64,000 nt of DNA from a virus (Duplodnaviria > Caudoviricetes), in IMG/VR virus record IMGVR_UViG_3300001373_000001, positions 1-64,000 of that record; one strand, given 5' to 3'. The position numbers and the translations under genes were made by a program. Under the pieces are notes generated by a model that worked only from the letters and a program-made list of their open reading frames with translations, was not told where the DNA came from and searched no databases. Shown one piece after another: positions 40,742 to 52,800 of the stretch. Each line of letters opens with the position of its first letter. Within the stretch, counting starts at the first letter, position 1.

Positions 40742-42241
40742 ATGTTGAACTCTTTAGAAAGTCTTACAAATTCAGAAATAACTAAAACTCAAAATGGTGC
40801 AAATGCTTATTCTACAACTGATAATAGTATTGTAGATTTCTTTTTTAGTGCTTCAAGTATGCGAAAAATGAATAAAGATGAAATCATATATCTATTTGCT
40901 AAGGCATTAGAATGCGATCCACTTATTGCAATCAAAGTTTTATTTTATGTAAGGGATATTAGGGAAGGCTTAGGAGAGCGAAGAATATTTAAAATTTTGA
41001 TAAATTATTTAATAACTTTTAAACCTCAGTACATAGTAAACAACTTAAAACACATTCCAGAGTATGGAAGATGGGACGATTTGACATGTCTATTAACTTG
41101 TATGAATGTAGATATAGTTAAAGATGTTGTGAAGATAATCGATACTCAATTAATCAAAGATGTTCAATCTAAAAATCCAAGCTTATTAGCTAAATGGATG
41201 CCAACAGAAAATTGTAGTAATAAAGAACGAATTAAATTAGCTCGAATTCTAATGAATAAATTAGGATTATCTAATATAGTTTATAGAAAAATAATAACTA
41301 ATATTAGAAAGAAGCTTGATTTAATTGAAACCAAACTTACTAAAAAAGACTATACTTCTATAGACTATAATACAATACCTTCAATTGCTAATAAAAAGTA
41401 CCATAAAGCCTTTAAACGTAATGATACTATAAAGTACGAGCAACACTTAGAGAATGTCTTAAATGGCAAGGAAAACGCTAAGGTGAATGCATCTGTATTG
41501 TATCCGTATCAAATTGTATCTGAGATACTTAAAAGATTAGATTTCTGTAGACCATTTGATGAACAATTCAAAGTTTATTCTCAAGTAATGTGGAATAACC
41601 TTAAAGATATTCAAATTGATGAAGAATTAAATACTCTTTGTGTAGTAGATACATCTGGGTCAATGACTAGTGATAACGCTGTTCCTTTGTCAAGTGCGAT
41701 AGCCTTGGCTTTATTATTCTCAAGTAAATTTAATGGAGTATTTAAAGACTGTTTCATTACTTTTTCTAATAAACCAAGATTTGTTAAAATACCAACAGAA
41801 TTAGATATTGTTGGTAAAGTTCAATATATTATGAAATATGAAGAAGTTGCTAATACTAATATTGAAGCTACTTTTGATTTATTATTAAAGACTGCTATAG
41901 AAAATAAATTAAAACAATCAGATATGCCAAATAAAATAATAATAATATCTGATATGGAATTTGATAACGCTACAGAAGATAAAGCTACTGATGCTTTGTT
42001 TTTAATAATTAAAAATGAGTGGAAATATTATGGATATGAGCTACCTTATATCACGTTTTGGAATGTATCAACTGAAACTGATAAAACCCATTATCCAGTA
42101 AAAGAATCTGAATATGTCCAATTCGTTAGCGGACACTCTCAAAATATATTCAAATCAATTGCAACTAATAAGTTTCAAACACCAATGGAAACTATTCTTG
42201 AAATTATAAATTCTGATAGATATTCAAATATAACAATTTAA
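40742..42241 (+). CDS. DUF2828 family protein (helical TROVE/Ro60-like N-terminus plus vWA)
   Basis: TQNGA.AY.TT, RDIR.G.GER, PEYGRWDDL, AKWMP, VDTSGSM MIDAS, NTN, ISDMEFD, FWNV. Confidence 0.88.
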   Translation: MLNSLESLTNSEITKTQNGANAYSTTDNSIVDFFFSASSMRKMNKDEIIYLFAKALECDPLIAIKVLFYVRDIREGLGERRIFKILINYLITFKPQYIVNNLKHIPEYGRWDDLTCLLTCMNVDIVKDVVKIIDTQLIKDVQSKNPSLLAKWMPTENCSNKERIKLARILMNKLGLSNIVYRKIITNIRKKLDLIETKLTKKDYTSIDYNTIPSIANKKYHKAFKRNDTIKYEQHLENVLNGKENAKVNASVLYPYQIVSEILKRLDFCRPFDEQFKVYSQVMWNNLKDIQIDEELNTLCVVDTSGSMTSDNAVPLSSAIALALLFSSKFNGVFKDCFITFSNKPRFVKIPTELDIVGKVQYIMKYEEVANTNIEATFDLLLKTAIENKLKQSDMPNKIIIISDMEFDNATEDKATDALFLIIKNEWKYYGYELPYITFWNVSTETDKTHYPVKESEYVQFVSGHSQNIFKSIATNKFQTPMETILEIINSDRYSNITI

Positions 42242-42312
42242 TAAGAGTTTTTTTTACACTCAAGTTTTAGAATATAAATCTACCTATACCATTTACGAAA
42301 GGAAAATTTAAA

Positions 42313-43221
42313 ATGAATAAAGATGAATTACAACAATGTAAGAATTATTTTTCTATAGCTGGAATAGTTAAAGGATTAGAAAATCCATCTAAAAATCAAG
42401 GCTTCGAGATAGGAACAATCAAAAATGGGTTGTCTAAAGGTAAGCAATACAAGTCTATTAAATTCAAAGTACAAACATCTCCAGAAAATACTATACCTGT
42501 AGAATGCTTTGGAATGGAACTTGACAACGCTTATTTCTATTCTAAAACATTAAAAAAGACTATTAAAGCGCCTTGGGACAAACGAAATTCACTATCCAAA
42601 GAAGGCTATTTATTAATTAAACCTTCATTTGATTTGGTTCAAGAATTACACGATGAACTAAGAGATGGAGAATCAGTTACTATAACTGGAGAAATAGACT
42701 ATCAAGAATATAAAGTTAATGATGAGGTTAAGAAGAACACTAAATTTATAATTAAATCTGTTAAAAAAGCTACTCATGAAATAGACTTTGAACATCCAGA
42801 ATTCAAAGAAAAGAATAAGTTTAATCAAGATTTAGTTGTTGATGATATTTCTGTAGATGGAGACTCTATATTCATCAATGGATTAATTATAGACTTCAAA
42901 AAAGAGATTAAAACAGCTTGTTTTGAAGTTGATACAAAAAAAGTTCATAAACTATTTACTAAGAAAGTTATGTCATTAAAATTTGGTGATTTTATGAGGG
43001 TTAATGGCATTATTAACTATAAAGTTATCCAAGAAGAAGTTGATGGCGAATGGGGTACTATATTTATTAATGACTATAAAAAATCTCTAGAAGTATTATC
43101 TGTAGATGAAAAGTCATTTGAGCAAGGAAAGTATAAACAAGCAGACTTATATGGAGAAGATGAATCCGATGAGTTTGAAGAACAATTTGACGATAATGAG
43201 TTACCATTCTTAATTGATTAG
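42313..43221 (+). CDS. SSB-like double OB-fold protein
   Basis: beta-rich, acidic tail DDNELPF, heads the replication module. Confidence 0.65.
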   Translation: MNKDELQQCKNYFSIAGIVKGLENPSKNQGFEIGTIKNGLSKGKQYKSIKFKVQTSPENTIPVECFGMELDNAYFYSKTLKKTIKAPWDKRNSLSKEGYLLIKPSFDLVQELHDELRDGESVTITGEIDYQEYKVNDEVKKNTKFIIKSVKKATHEIDFEHPEFKEKNKFNQDLVVDDISVDGDSIFINGLIIDFKKEIKTACFEVDTKKVHKLFTKKVMSLKFGDFMRVNGIINYKVIQEEVDGEWGTIFINDYKKSLEVLSVDEKSFEQGKYKQADLYGEDESDEFEEQFDDNELPFLID

Positions 43222-43224
43222 GAG

Positions 43225-44301
43225 TTGATATTTTTGAGTCTTAAAAACTTAAAACCAAATGTAACTAAGGTTCTTCTAGAGTCTTATATTCATACCATTC
43301 TTGGAGTTCGTAAAACAGGCAAGACTACATTATTTTATGAGCTTTTATTAGAAAAGTATAATGATTTAGGTAAAGGATTATTAATACCATTAGAGCGTGG
43401 ATATAATGCTTTAGATGGACTAATGACTACTGACGACTTAAAAGTAATTAATACTTGGAGTGATTTTAATTATATTGTAGACTTATTAGTTGCTGAAAAA
43501 CAAGATTTAGATTACAAAATAGTTTGCATTGATACTATTGATATGATGGTAGAATTAGCTGAGAAAGAGGCTATTAGATTTTACAATATGAAAGTAGAAC
43601 CTTCTAAGCGTGCTAGAACCATTAATGAAGCTGGTGGAGGTTATGGACGTGGTAAAGCTTATGCCAAGATCATTATTAGAGATGCGCTAAATAAGATATC
43701 TAAAGCTGGTTATGGAATATTCTTAATTGGACATTCAAAAGATAAGACTGTAAAAGAGAAAGATGGAACTGAATATAATTTTCTTAGTTGCAATTTAACG
43801 AGTGACTATACAGATATACTTCTTGATGCTTCTGATATAATTACCTTTTTGACTGTTGAAAAGGAAATTGAGGATAATAGGATTACTCAGCAGAAAGTAT
43901 ATATGAACTTTAGATCAGACTCTATAGACTGTGGTGGCAGATTTAAACATTTGCCAGGAAAAATAGAATATTCAGCTAGAAATTATATAGAAACATTTGA
44001 AGAGGCTGTTAGATATCAACTCAGAAATAGAATGAAACATTCCGAATCTGATATTAAAGAGTTATCTGAAAATGAAGAGGATATTCTTAAAAAACAATCT
44101 ACTGAAAATATATCCAAAATGGTAGAGTTGCCTAAGATCAAAGAGAGCATTAAAGATGAAATGAGAAATAAAATAAATAATAAAAATGTCAAACCTAAAC
44201 AACTTAAGGATTTAATGTTAAAATATAATATAAATATTGTTGACGAACTAGAAGATTTACAAATGGCTACAGATTTATTTAAAGAGGTTTCTAATCTCTG
44301 A
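43225..44301 (+). CDS. AAA_24 (Sak4-like) ATPase
   Basis: GVRKTGKTT, ERG, IDTID, GGYGRG, IGH. Confidence 0.85.
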   Translation: MIFLSLKNLKPNVTKVLLESYIHTILGVRKTGKTTLFYELLLEKYNDLGKGLLIPLERGYNALDGLMTTDDLKVINTWSDFNYIVDLLVAEKQDLDYKIVCIDTIDMMVELAEKEAIRFYNMKVEPSKRARTINEAGGGYGRGKAYAKIIIRDALNKISKAGYGIFLIGHSKDKTVKEKDGTEYNFLSCNLTSDYTDILLDASDIITFLTVEKEIEDNRITQQKVYMNFRSDSIDCGGRFKHLPGKIEYSARNYIETFEEAVRYQLRNRMKHSESDIKELSENEEDILKKQSTENISKMVELPKIKESIKDEMRNKINNKNVKPKQLKDLMLKYNINIVDELEDLQMATDLFKEVSNL

Positions 44302-45011
44302 TGTCTAAATCAAGAGTATTCTTGATTATTTGTAGTTATATATTAATGGTAATATGCACCATGGAAGTTACTAACGAGCAATACTTAAAATTAAATCTTA
44401 AGCCAAATTCGTCAACTATAACATCAAATCAAGTAGTAGTCATAACCACTCCGCAAGTTAACATTCCAACTACTATTAGTTGTACTAATGTTATAACTAA
44501 TACTGTTGTAACTTGTACGGACGTCATAACAACTACTAAGATAGTTACTATAAAGCCTTATATAAGTACTAGTAAACCAGTGTATACTAAGAAGCCGACT
44601 TATAATAATCAATATGCTGTAAAATCTACACCTACTAAAAGTTCTAGAAGTTATTCTAATGAAAATTCTATGACCTTCAAAGTGACTGCTTATGATTTAT
44701 CGGAAGAAAGTTGTGGTAAATCTAGTGGCGAATACTGGTATGGTAAAACATCCAGTGGTTATGACTTGCGAGGAAAATCTCGAACTCAAGCCATGACTAT
44801 TGCAAGCGATACTTCAATCCTTCCAATGGGTACGAGAGTATATATTAATTTTATAAGTGATAACTTTAAGAAATACAATGGAACATATACAGTAAGAGAT
44901 ACAGGTGGAGCTATACATGGGTATATATTAGACTTATATTTGGGTGTAAATTGTTATAATGAAATGGATAATTTTGGTGTTCAGAAAGCTAATGTAACTA
45001 TACAGAATTAA
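44301..45011 (+). CDS. 3D-domain (MltA-like) cell-wall protein
   Basis: VTAY, IASD...LPMGT, DTGGAI.G..LDLY; N-terminal TM. Confidence 0.88.
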   Translation: MSKSRVFLIICSYILMVICTMEVTNEQYLKLNLKPNSSTITSNQVVVITTPQVNIPTTISCTNVITNTVVTCTDVITTTKIVTIKPYISTSKPVYTKKPTYNNQYAVKSTPTKSSRSYSNENSMTFKVTAYDLSEESCGKSSGEYWYGKTSSGYDLRGKSRTQAMTIASDTSILPMGTRVYINFISDNFKKYNGTYTVRDTGGAIHGYILDLYLGVNCYNEMDNFGVQKANVTIQN

Positions 45012-45064
45012 ATAATTAGAGGTTTAGAAAATATTCTAGACCTCTTTTAATTATAGGTGGTAAT

Positions 45065-45523
45065 ATGAAAAATTATAAATGTAAAAGTTGTAAAGAAATA
45101 ATTGATAATAATCTAATTAAAATTGATGGTAAACCAAATAAGTACTATCATCAAGATTGCTATACAGAACTTGAATATTATAAGAAACTTAAAGATTTGA
45201 TATTTGTTGAGTTCTTTCAATATACTTATCCAACGGTCATAACAAAGAATTTAACTGAGCTTAACAGAACTATAAAATATGAATACTTATATAAATACTT
45301 AAATGGTAATTTGAAAGTTATACAAAACAAAATAAATCAAATGGAGTTTGTTTCGGCTATTCAAAGATGGAATTATATATTAGCTATTTTGAGAAATAAT
45401 ATTGAGCATTTTATCAAAACTTATATCAAATTAAGTTCTGAAAAAAGCAAAGACTTAAATATAATAGAAGCTTCAAATAGAAATATAAATAATAATTCTG
45501 CTAACTTTGATATACTGGACTAG
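45065..45523 (+). CDS. Zn-finger protein, putative helicase loader
   Basis: CKSC...H..C; directly upstream of the helicase. Confidence 0.55.
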   Translation: MKNYKCKSCKEIIDNNLIKIDGKPNKYYHQDCYTELEYYKKLKDLIFVEFFQYTYPTVITKNLTELNRTIKYEYLYKYLNGNLKVIQNKINQMEFVSAIQRWNYILAILRNNIEHFIKTYIKLSSEKSKDLNIIEASNRNINNNSANFDILD

Positions 45524-46953
45524 TGAAAAATATGATACAAGATATTTCAGCAGAAAGTATAGTAATTGGAATGTTGTATAGAAAACCAGAACTTATTCAA
45601 GAATATCTAGAATTAATAGATGGAAAAAATGACTTCTCAGACGATTCAATATTATTCTTGTATAAAGTACTTATAGATACTTTTTATAGCAATAACAATA
45701 TAAATGAAACCTCAATTAATATAACCATTTCTAAATATTCTCAATCTGAGAAAAATAAATTCAAGAAACTAGGTGGAAATAAATGTTTTGAAAGACTTGC
45801 TTCAATATCCGAAGTAAGTAATGATTTTAAGTATTATTATAACAAGTTGAAATCTTATAATGTAATGAGATACTTAGACTCTAAAGGATTCCCAGTACAA
45901 AGAGATGTTGATAAAATAAAAGATTTAGATTCTGATGGTATTATAAAAGTATATGAAAGCCAACTCCTTAAAGTAGGCAGTCATATTAAACAAATAAATG
46001 ACTCTAACATGCTTGGTAAAGGTATACTCAAATCATATCATAACCTTAAAACTAATCCGAATTTAGGCATACAATTACCTTACAGACTTATTGATAGTAT
46101 TTGCAGAGGTTGGGGAAAGTCATGTCTATTTGCAAGCGCAATGCATAGTGGATTTGGAAAATCTAGAATGATAGTTGATATGATATCTTTTATAGGAATA
46201 CACAATAAAGTACCAATATTATTAATAATCAATGAGCAAGAGCAATCTGAAATTGAGTTAATGTTACTTACTTGTATTGCTAATAAGATTGGGGCGAAAT
46301 ATGGAATAGAGATCAATGAAACGGAGATTGCTTTAGGTCAAGTAGATGCTGTCAAAGAAAGTGTTATTGTTGAAGCTTCTGAATATATTGAAAAGAATAC
46401 TCAAATTAGAATAATGGAAATTAAAGATTGGTCTTATGATAATTTGAAGATAATACTTAAGAAGCATAAATTGCGTGGAGTTGATTATGTTGTAATAGAT
46501 ACCTTCAAGCCAATGCGTGGCATTAGTAATAATAATTCTCCAGACTGGTTAAACTTTGCAACTACAGCCGAGAAGTTGAAAGAACTAATCGGATCAGAAG
46601 CTAAAGGTGGATTGAACATGGGATTATGGTTTACAATGCAACTTACAGATGAAAGTTTATTAACCAAAGTTCTAGGATCATCATCTATAGCAAATGCTAA
46701 GCAAATTAAGCACTACCTTGACTTTTTAATGATGAGCAGAGCATTAGATGATTTTGACATGGAAAAAATTAGACTTAAGATTAATAATCCTAAAAGTAGT
46801 TTACATGGTAAAATAACTAAATTAAATTCAGATTATAAACACTATTTAACATTTATAGACAAGAATAGGCGTGGCATTGACAAACAAAATTTAATATTCC
46901 AAGTGGATAAAGGATTGATGAGATTTAATGAATTAGGATTTGCAGTATTTTGA
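45523..46953 (+). CDS. dnaB: DnaB-like replicative helicase
   Basis: HSGFGKS Walker A, INEQ, VVIDTFK, MQL, DKNR.G. Confidence 0.88.
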   Translation: MKNMIQDISAESIVIGMLYRKPELIQEYLELIDGKNDFSDDSILFLYKVLIDTFYSNNNINETSINITISKYSQSEKNKFKKLGGNKCFERLASISEVSNDFKYYYNKLKSYNVMRYLDSKGFPVQRDVDKIKDLDSDGIIKVYESQLLKVGSHIKQINDSNMLGKGILKSYHNLKTNPNLGIQLPYRLIDSICRGWGKSCLFASAMHSGFGKSRMIVDMISFIGIHNKVPILLIINEQEQSEIELMLLTCIANKIGAKYGIEINETEIALGQVDAVKESVIVEASEYIEKNTQIRIMEIKDWSYDNLKIILKKHKLRGVDYVVIDTFKPMRGISNNNSPDWLNFATTAEKLKELIGSEAKGGLNMGLWFTMQLTDESLLTKVLGSSSIANAKQIKHYLDFLMMSRALDDFDMEKIRLKINNPKSSLHGKITKLNSDYKHYLTFIDKNRRGIDKQNLIFQVDKGLMRFNELGFAVF

Positions 46954-47981
46954 TTTGGGAGGATATGTATATGTTAGCTGATGAGTTGAAATCAAGATTA
47001 AATGAGGATTTTGTATTTGATATTTTAAGTGAATTAGGATGTAAAAATATTAGAAAAATGAAGAATAAAAATACTGAGTATTTTGTATGTGCTAATCCAG
47101 ATGGTGATAATACCAATGCTATCAATGTATATTTGGATAGCTACTATACTAGAAACTATACTAGACCAGAATTCGAGAGCAGAAATATAAAAGATATAAT
47201 ATCATTAGTTGAGTATTTTGAAGATATAAGCCATTTTAAAGCAATAAACAAGATATGTAAAATATGTAGCTTTAATTACTATGATAATGAAATAAGTCTA
47301 GGCTTATTGAATTGGATCAAATCAATTGAGACTGGAGATGCTAAAAAAGAAGATAGTATAAATCCGATACCAAATGATATACTTAAACAATTTCACGCTA
47401 AGCCTATAAAGAAATGGTTTCTAGAAGGCTTAAAAAAAGAGTCTCAAAACTTATTCGAGATTGGATTTGACATTGATAGTGAGCGAATAACAATACCCAT
47501 AAGAGATGAGATTGGAAATCTAGTAGGTGTTAAAGGTAGGCTATTAAAAGATAGTAAGATTAAAGATGATAAATATCTATATTTATACACATGTCCAAAA
47601 GATTTAATATTATTTGGATTACATCAAAACTATAACCATATAAAAAAAGCAAATGAAGTTATAGTTGTAGAAGCTGAAAAAAGTGTTATTAAGCTTAATT
47701 CTTTAGGATTTAAAAATGCTATTGCTGTAGGTAGTAAGCATATATCGGAATCACAAATAAACAAGCTTTTAAGACTAGGAGTTCCAATAACGATAGCTTT
47801 TGATAAAGATGTAACTTTAAAAGAACTAAAAAGAATTGCTGAGAATTTTAAGTTTCCAGTTAAAACAATTGATATCAATATTATATATGATGAAATGGAT
47901 TTTTTAAAAGAGAAAGAATGTCCAATGGATAATACTAATAACTGGAATTTATTATATAATAATTTTAAAATATCAGCTTAA
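46950..47981 (+). CDS. dnaG: DNA primase (TOPRIM)
   Basis: ITIPIRD..G..VG.KGR, KY, LFG, VVEAEKS, AFDKD. Confidence 0.85.
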   Translation: MIWEDMYMLADELKSRLNEDFVFDILSELGCKNIRKMKNKNTEYFVCANPDGDNTNAINVYLDSYYTRNYTRPEFESRNIKDIISLVEYFEDISHFKAINKICKICSFNYYDNEISLGLLNWIKSIETGDAKKEDSINPIPNDILKQFHAKPIKKWFLEGLKKESQNLFEIGFDIDSERITIPIRDEIGNLVGVKGRLLKDSKIKDDKYLYLYTCPKDLILFGLHQNYNHIKKANEVIVVEAEKSVIKLNSLGFKNAIAVGSKHISESQINKLLRLGVPITIAFDKDVTLKELKRIAENFKFPVKTIDINIIYDEMDFLKEKECPMDNTNNWNLLYNNFKISA

Positions 47982-48104
47982 AGTATTGACAACGATTAGA
48001 TTGTATACTATTATTTATTTAAAGATATTAATTTTTTTGTAAATTTTGTTCTACATGTAGGGTGTGGAAACACACTCTAATATATATTCAGAAAGGAATT
48101 AACT

Positions 48105-48284
48105 ATGCTTACTGAATTAGATATAGAAACATTAAATTTATGTTTAAGCACTGCTAAAGTTAAACTTAATAAAGAAATCAAGTCTAAAGAAGAATTTAAT
48201 CTAGAGAATGGTGGATTATGTAGTATATACCACTTAGGAAAACAAGCCAATACAATAAGAATTGATATAAAACTTGAAAAATAA
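48105..48284 (+). CDS. 59-aa hypothetical protein (absent from ORF track)
   Basis: GAAAGGA RBS, ATG 48105, stop overlaps recJ start; preceded by a GAAA-tetraloop hairpin at 48058-48079. Confidence 0.6.
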   Translation: MLTELDIETLNLCLSTAKVKLNKEIKSKEEFNLENGGLCSIYHLGKQANTIRIDIKLEK

Positions 48285-49845
48285 CAAACTAATTAATGAG
48301 TTACTATCATTAAGAAATATTAAAGATACCGAAAGATTTATGAATCCATCATCAAAGGATTTAATTGAATTTGAGTGTCTTAAAAATATTTCAGATGCTA
48401 GAGATTTATTACTTAAGACTATCAAGTCAAATAAGCAAATTGCTATCTACTATGATGTAGATTGCGATGGTATATGTTCTGGAACTATAATGTATAGATA
48501 TTTACAAGACTTAGGAGTCGAGAATATCAAATACTTTATAAACACTGGAAAGAAGCATGGAATATCTGATAGAGATATTACAGAGTTTAATGGAATAGAT
48601 TTGTTGATTATTGTAGACTCAATTGATACAAATTATAAATTCTATAACCAATTAAAATCTAATGGTACTGATATAATAATATTAGACCATCATGACTTTG
48701 ATACATATCCTAAGAGCGCAATTCTAGTATCATCTTCTAAAAATTATCCCAATAAACATTTATCTGGTTCTGGTGTAGTATTTAAGTTCTGTGCATATAT
48801 TGATGAGCTAAACCAAACAGGATATTCATATAAGTATTTAGATTTAGCAGCGTGTGGCATTCTTGCAGACGTTTGTGAGGTATCTGAGGCTTCATTTGAG
48901 AATAGGTACATTGTATACCTTGGATTGAAAAACATGTCTAATTTAGCCATTAAATCGATTGTAGGGACATATTCATTTAACTCTACATCTGTACTATGGA
49001 GTATTGCTCCATTAATCAACTCAGCTAATAGAACAAGTAATAATGAAATAGTATTAAAGCTATTTTTGTTAGATGATCCGAAACTAATTAGGAATATAAT
49101 CAAGCAACTAAAAGAAATTAAAAAACATCAAGATAAATTAGTAAGTGATAGTTATACAAGAATAAATCAGAATATATCAACTACAAGCAATGTAATACTA
49201 TCTGTAACTGAGAATAAAGAGTTTTCTGGACTTATAGCAACTAAATTATCAAATCAACATAAGAAGCCTTGTATCATACTATATACTGATGATTGTGAGG
49301 ACTTTAAAGGCAGTATAAGAGGTTATGGAACTAAAGACTTCAAAGAGTCAATCAACAAAACAAACCTTGCTAAATGCTATGGACATGGCAACGCTGCTGG
49401 AATAGAGATAAATAAGAATAACATTTCTAAATTAATGAACGAACTAAACCAAATGAATATACAAGATGATAACCATATTGAATCAAACTGGGACTTAGAA
49501 ATCGATATATTAGATATAAAAGATAATTTAATAAATAAAATTGAAACTATTAATTTTATAAATGGAAATGGATTTAAGCCTATTAAAATAAAAGTAACTA
49601 TAGAAGTTGAAAGATTATACTTGTTAAAAGAATCTCACACTAGAATAAATACTTTGAATATAGACTTTTTTTTATGGAATAATATCCAACTATTCAATGA
49701 GTTAACATGTGATGATTTTGAGTACGCACAAGTAACTTTAATTGGAGAGCTTTGTTTTGGTAACTTTAGAGGAATAAAGACTAAGCAATGTATAATTGAT
49801 AGCTATTCAGATGTTATTAAATATCCTTTGTTTCTAAGGGAATGA
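48274..49845 (+). CDS. recJ: RecJ-like DHH ssDNA exonuclease
   Basis: DVDCDG, LDHH, SGSGV, APLINS..R, GSIR, GH..AAG. Confidence 0.9.
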   Translation: MKNNKLINELLSLRNIKDTERFMNPSSKDLIEFECLKNISDARDLLLKTIKSNKQIAIYYDVDCDGICSGTIMYRYLQDLGVENIKYFINTGKKHGISDRDITEFNGIDLLIIVDSIDTNYKFYNQLKSNGTDIIILDHHDFDTYPKSAILVSSSKNYPNKHLSGSGVVFKFCAYIDELNQTGYSYKYLDLAACGILADVCEVSEASFENRYIVYLGLKNMSNLAIKSIVGTYSFNSTSVLWSIAPLINSANRTSNNEIVLKLFLLDDPKLIRNIIKQLKEIKKHQDKLVSDSYTRINQNISTTSNVILSVTENKEFSGLIATKLSNQHKKPCIILYTDDCEDFKGSIRGYGTKDFKESINKTNLAKCYGHGNAAGIEINKNNISKLMNELNQMNIQDDNHIESNWDLEIDILDIKDNLINKIETINFINGNGFKPIKIKVTIEVERLYLLKESHTRINTLNIDFFLWNNIQLFNELTCDDFEYAQVTLIGELCFGNFRGIKTKQCIIDSYSDVIKYPLFLRE

Positions 49846-49851
49846 GGAAAT

Positions 49852-52800
49852 ATGGAAATCAGTAAATGGTTAGAAACACAGCTTCAAAGAGATATTTGGA
49901 GCAAAAAATATAGAAATGGCGATGAAACTTTTGACCAATGGTTAGATAGAGTTTCAAATTCTAATCCTAAAATAAAAGATTTAATTGTAAATAAGCAATT
50001 CTTGCCAGCTGGAAGAATACTAGCTAACAAAGGATTACAAGACATAGGAAAGAAAATAACATACTCTAATTGTTTTGTTAAAAATCAAATGGTTACAACT
50101 CAAAGAGGATTAATACCGATTCAAAAAGTAATTATTGGTGATTATGTTTTGTGTGATGATAATACATGGTCAGAAGTAGTTAACTTGTCTAATAGACTAT
50201 ATGAGGGTGACCTGTATAGAATCAAGACTAAATATAATTTCAAAGATTTAATTTGTACTCCAAATCATCAAGTTATGACTAGAGATGGATGGAAAAGAGT
50301 AGATAGATTGATTCATAAAAATAGAGGTTTAGAGTTCCATGATGAGATTAAAATAACTAAAGTTGATGGAATTAATAATCAAGAAAGAGTATTAGATTTA
50401 TCTCAATTTATTTTAAGTGATGATAAATACAATGTTGAAGTACTAGACTATACTTTAGTTATAAGTAGAATAAACTCAAGATCAAAAAGAGTTTATAAAT
50501 CAGATAGATATATTACTCTAGACTCAGATTTATATTACTTAATTGGTAGATTTATTGGGGATGGATGGCTTAATTATAGTGAAGATGATGCTAGTTATAT
50601 TTTTGGAATTGTATTCAACTCACTTAATGAAATGCATTCATATGAGAAATGTAAAGAAATTATAGAGTCTAAATTTGAATGCGAAACAAGTTGCTATGAA
50701 CCAAAAGACTCACATTCTATAGTACTTAATACTAAAAGCATTGTTGGATTTAAATTACTAGAAGTTTTAGTTGGTAGATATTCTACACATAAATCTATAC
50801 CAGAAATTATGATTGGTAATTTAGATGTTGTGTTAGGAATACTTGATTCTGATGGTGGAATAGATAAGAATGGAGTAATAAGAATAGGACTCAAAAATGC
50901 TTATTTAATAGAGCAGATCAGAGAGACATTGCTATTAAATAATATTATAAGTTCTGAATCAAAAGTTGTAAGTAATGGTATTAAAATTAATAAATCTAAG
51001 ACTTTTAAATCGCAAACATTTGTTAATAAAAAAATGAATAGAAAATTGATGCCTTTACTATCTAAATGCTATACAGACTTGAGATTGAATAAAGTACATG
51101 ATAAAATAATTGATTACAATGAAGTTATAGACATTATCATAGAAGAATCTATGGAAGTATTTGTATATAATTTAGAAGTTAAGAATATACATAGTTATAC
51201 AGTAAACGGACTAATGGTTAAGAATTGTTATGTTTTGCCACCTCCACAAGATAATATTGAAAGTATATTTAATACTGGAAAAGAGCTTGCGAGAACGTTT
51301 TCATATGGTGGTGGAGTTGGATTATCTCTTAGGGATATATCTCCAAAAGGTATGAGGCTTAATAATGCAGCGAAAGAAACTACAGGAACTATAAGTTTTA
51401 TGCAATTGTATTCTGATGTTACAGAAGCTATAAGTCAACAAGGTAGAAGGGGCGCTTTGATGCTATCAATGCCAATTTCTCATCCAGATATAATAGACTT
51501 CATCAACATTAAAACAGACCTTACAAAAGTTACAAAAGCTAATATTTCTATTGAAATTACAGATGAATTTATGATTGCTGTAAGAGAAGATCAAGATTAC
51601 ACAATGAAATTTACTAGAACTGAAACAGGAGAAACTATATCAAATACTATTAATGCTAGAGAATTATTTAAAATTATAGCTAAAAATAATTGGGATTATG
51701 CCGAACCAGGTATTTTATTTTGGAACAACATTCAAAAATGGAATTTACTATCCGAAGATGATAACTTTGAATATGCTGGCGTAAATCCATGCATTCCTTT
51801 AGGTCAGTATATTCTAACACCAACTGGTTATAAGAAAATACAAGATGTCGATGGTAAAATAAGCTTATGTGGCAGACATTTTGAATGCTCTGAATTAATA
51901 CCAAGTGGATATAAAAATGTAGTAGAAATAAGAACTGAATGTGGAAATATAATTAGGGTATCTGAGAACCATAAGATATTAACTAAAAATGGAGATAAAT
52001 TTGCTAGTACATTGACAGATAAAGATGAGCTTGCTATGGATTTTAAACCTATTCATAATTTTGTTATAAATAACTATGATGAGTATGAAAAAGGTATTGT
52101 TGTTGGTTGGTTTATTAGACATTGTGTAATTTATTATGATTCATATATATTAACAATTCGACCAAGGCACAAGCAATTTAAAGATGAGTTAATCAAGTAT
52201 TTAAGTAAATATTTCACTAATTTAGAAATATATCAAAAGAATAATAAAACGAATATATCTCTCAAGAATTGTCCAGAACTAAGTGCTTTCATAGAAAATG
52301 TTTTATACAATCAAGACTTGCATAATGTAGATATTTTAAATAGAAGTAAGGACTTCAAAATAGGTATTATTAAAGTTTTTATAACTAGTGGAAGATTTGA
52401 TACTAAGAATAGAAAAATGTTTAGATCATTATCTATAAAAGATGATTATAGACAATTGCAATTACTGCTTGCTGAATTTGGAATTCTAACTAGTAGGTAT
52501 GGAAACCACTGGAAAAGGATTAGTTTTCTAGAAAATGGACTTCATTTTATTGGAGCATTGACTAGTTCAGTTAATTTCGAAATTAAAACTATGCAAAGAT
52601 CAATTGATTTTAAGACTAAAAAAAGCTATCAAAAAGTAGATTATGTAAAGCCATTAGGAGTAATGCCAGTATATGATATTAACGTTCCTAAGACTGGTAG
52701 ATTTAATCTAAACTCTATAGTAGTTCATAACTGTGCAGAAGAACCATTGCCAGCCTATGGAAGTTGTAATTTAGGTAGCATAAACTTATCAGAATTTGTT

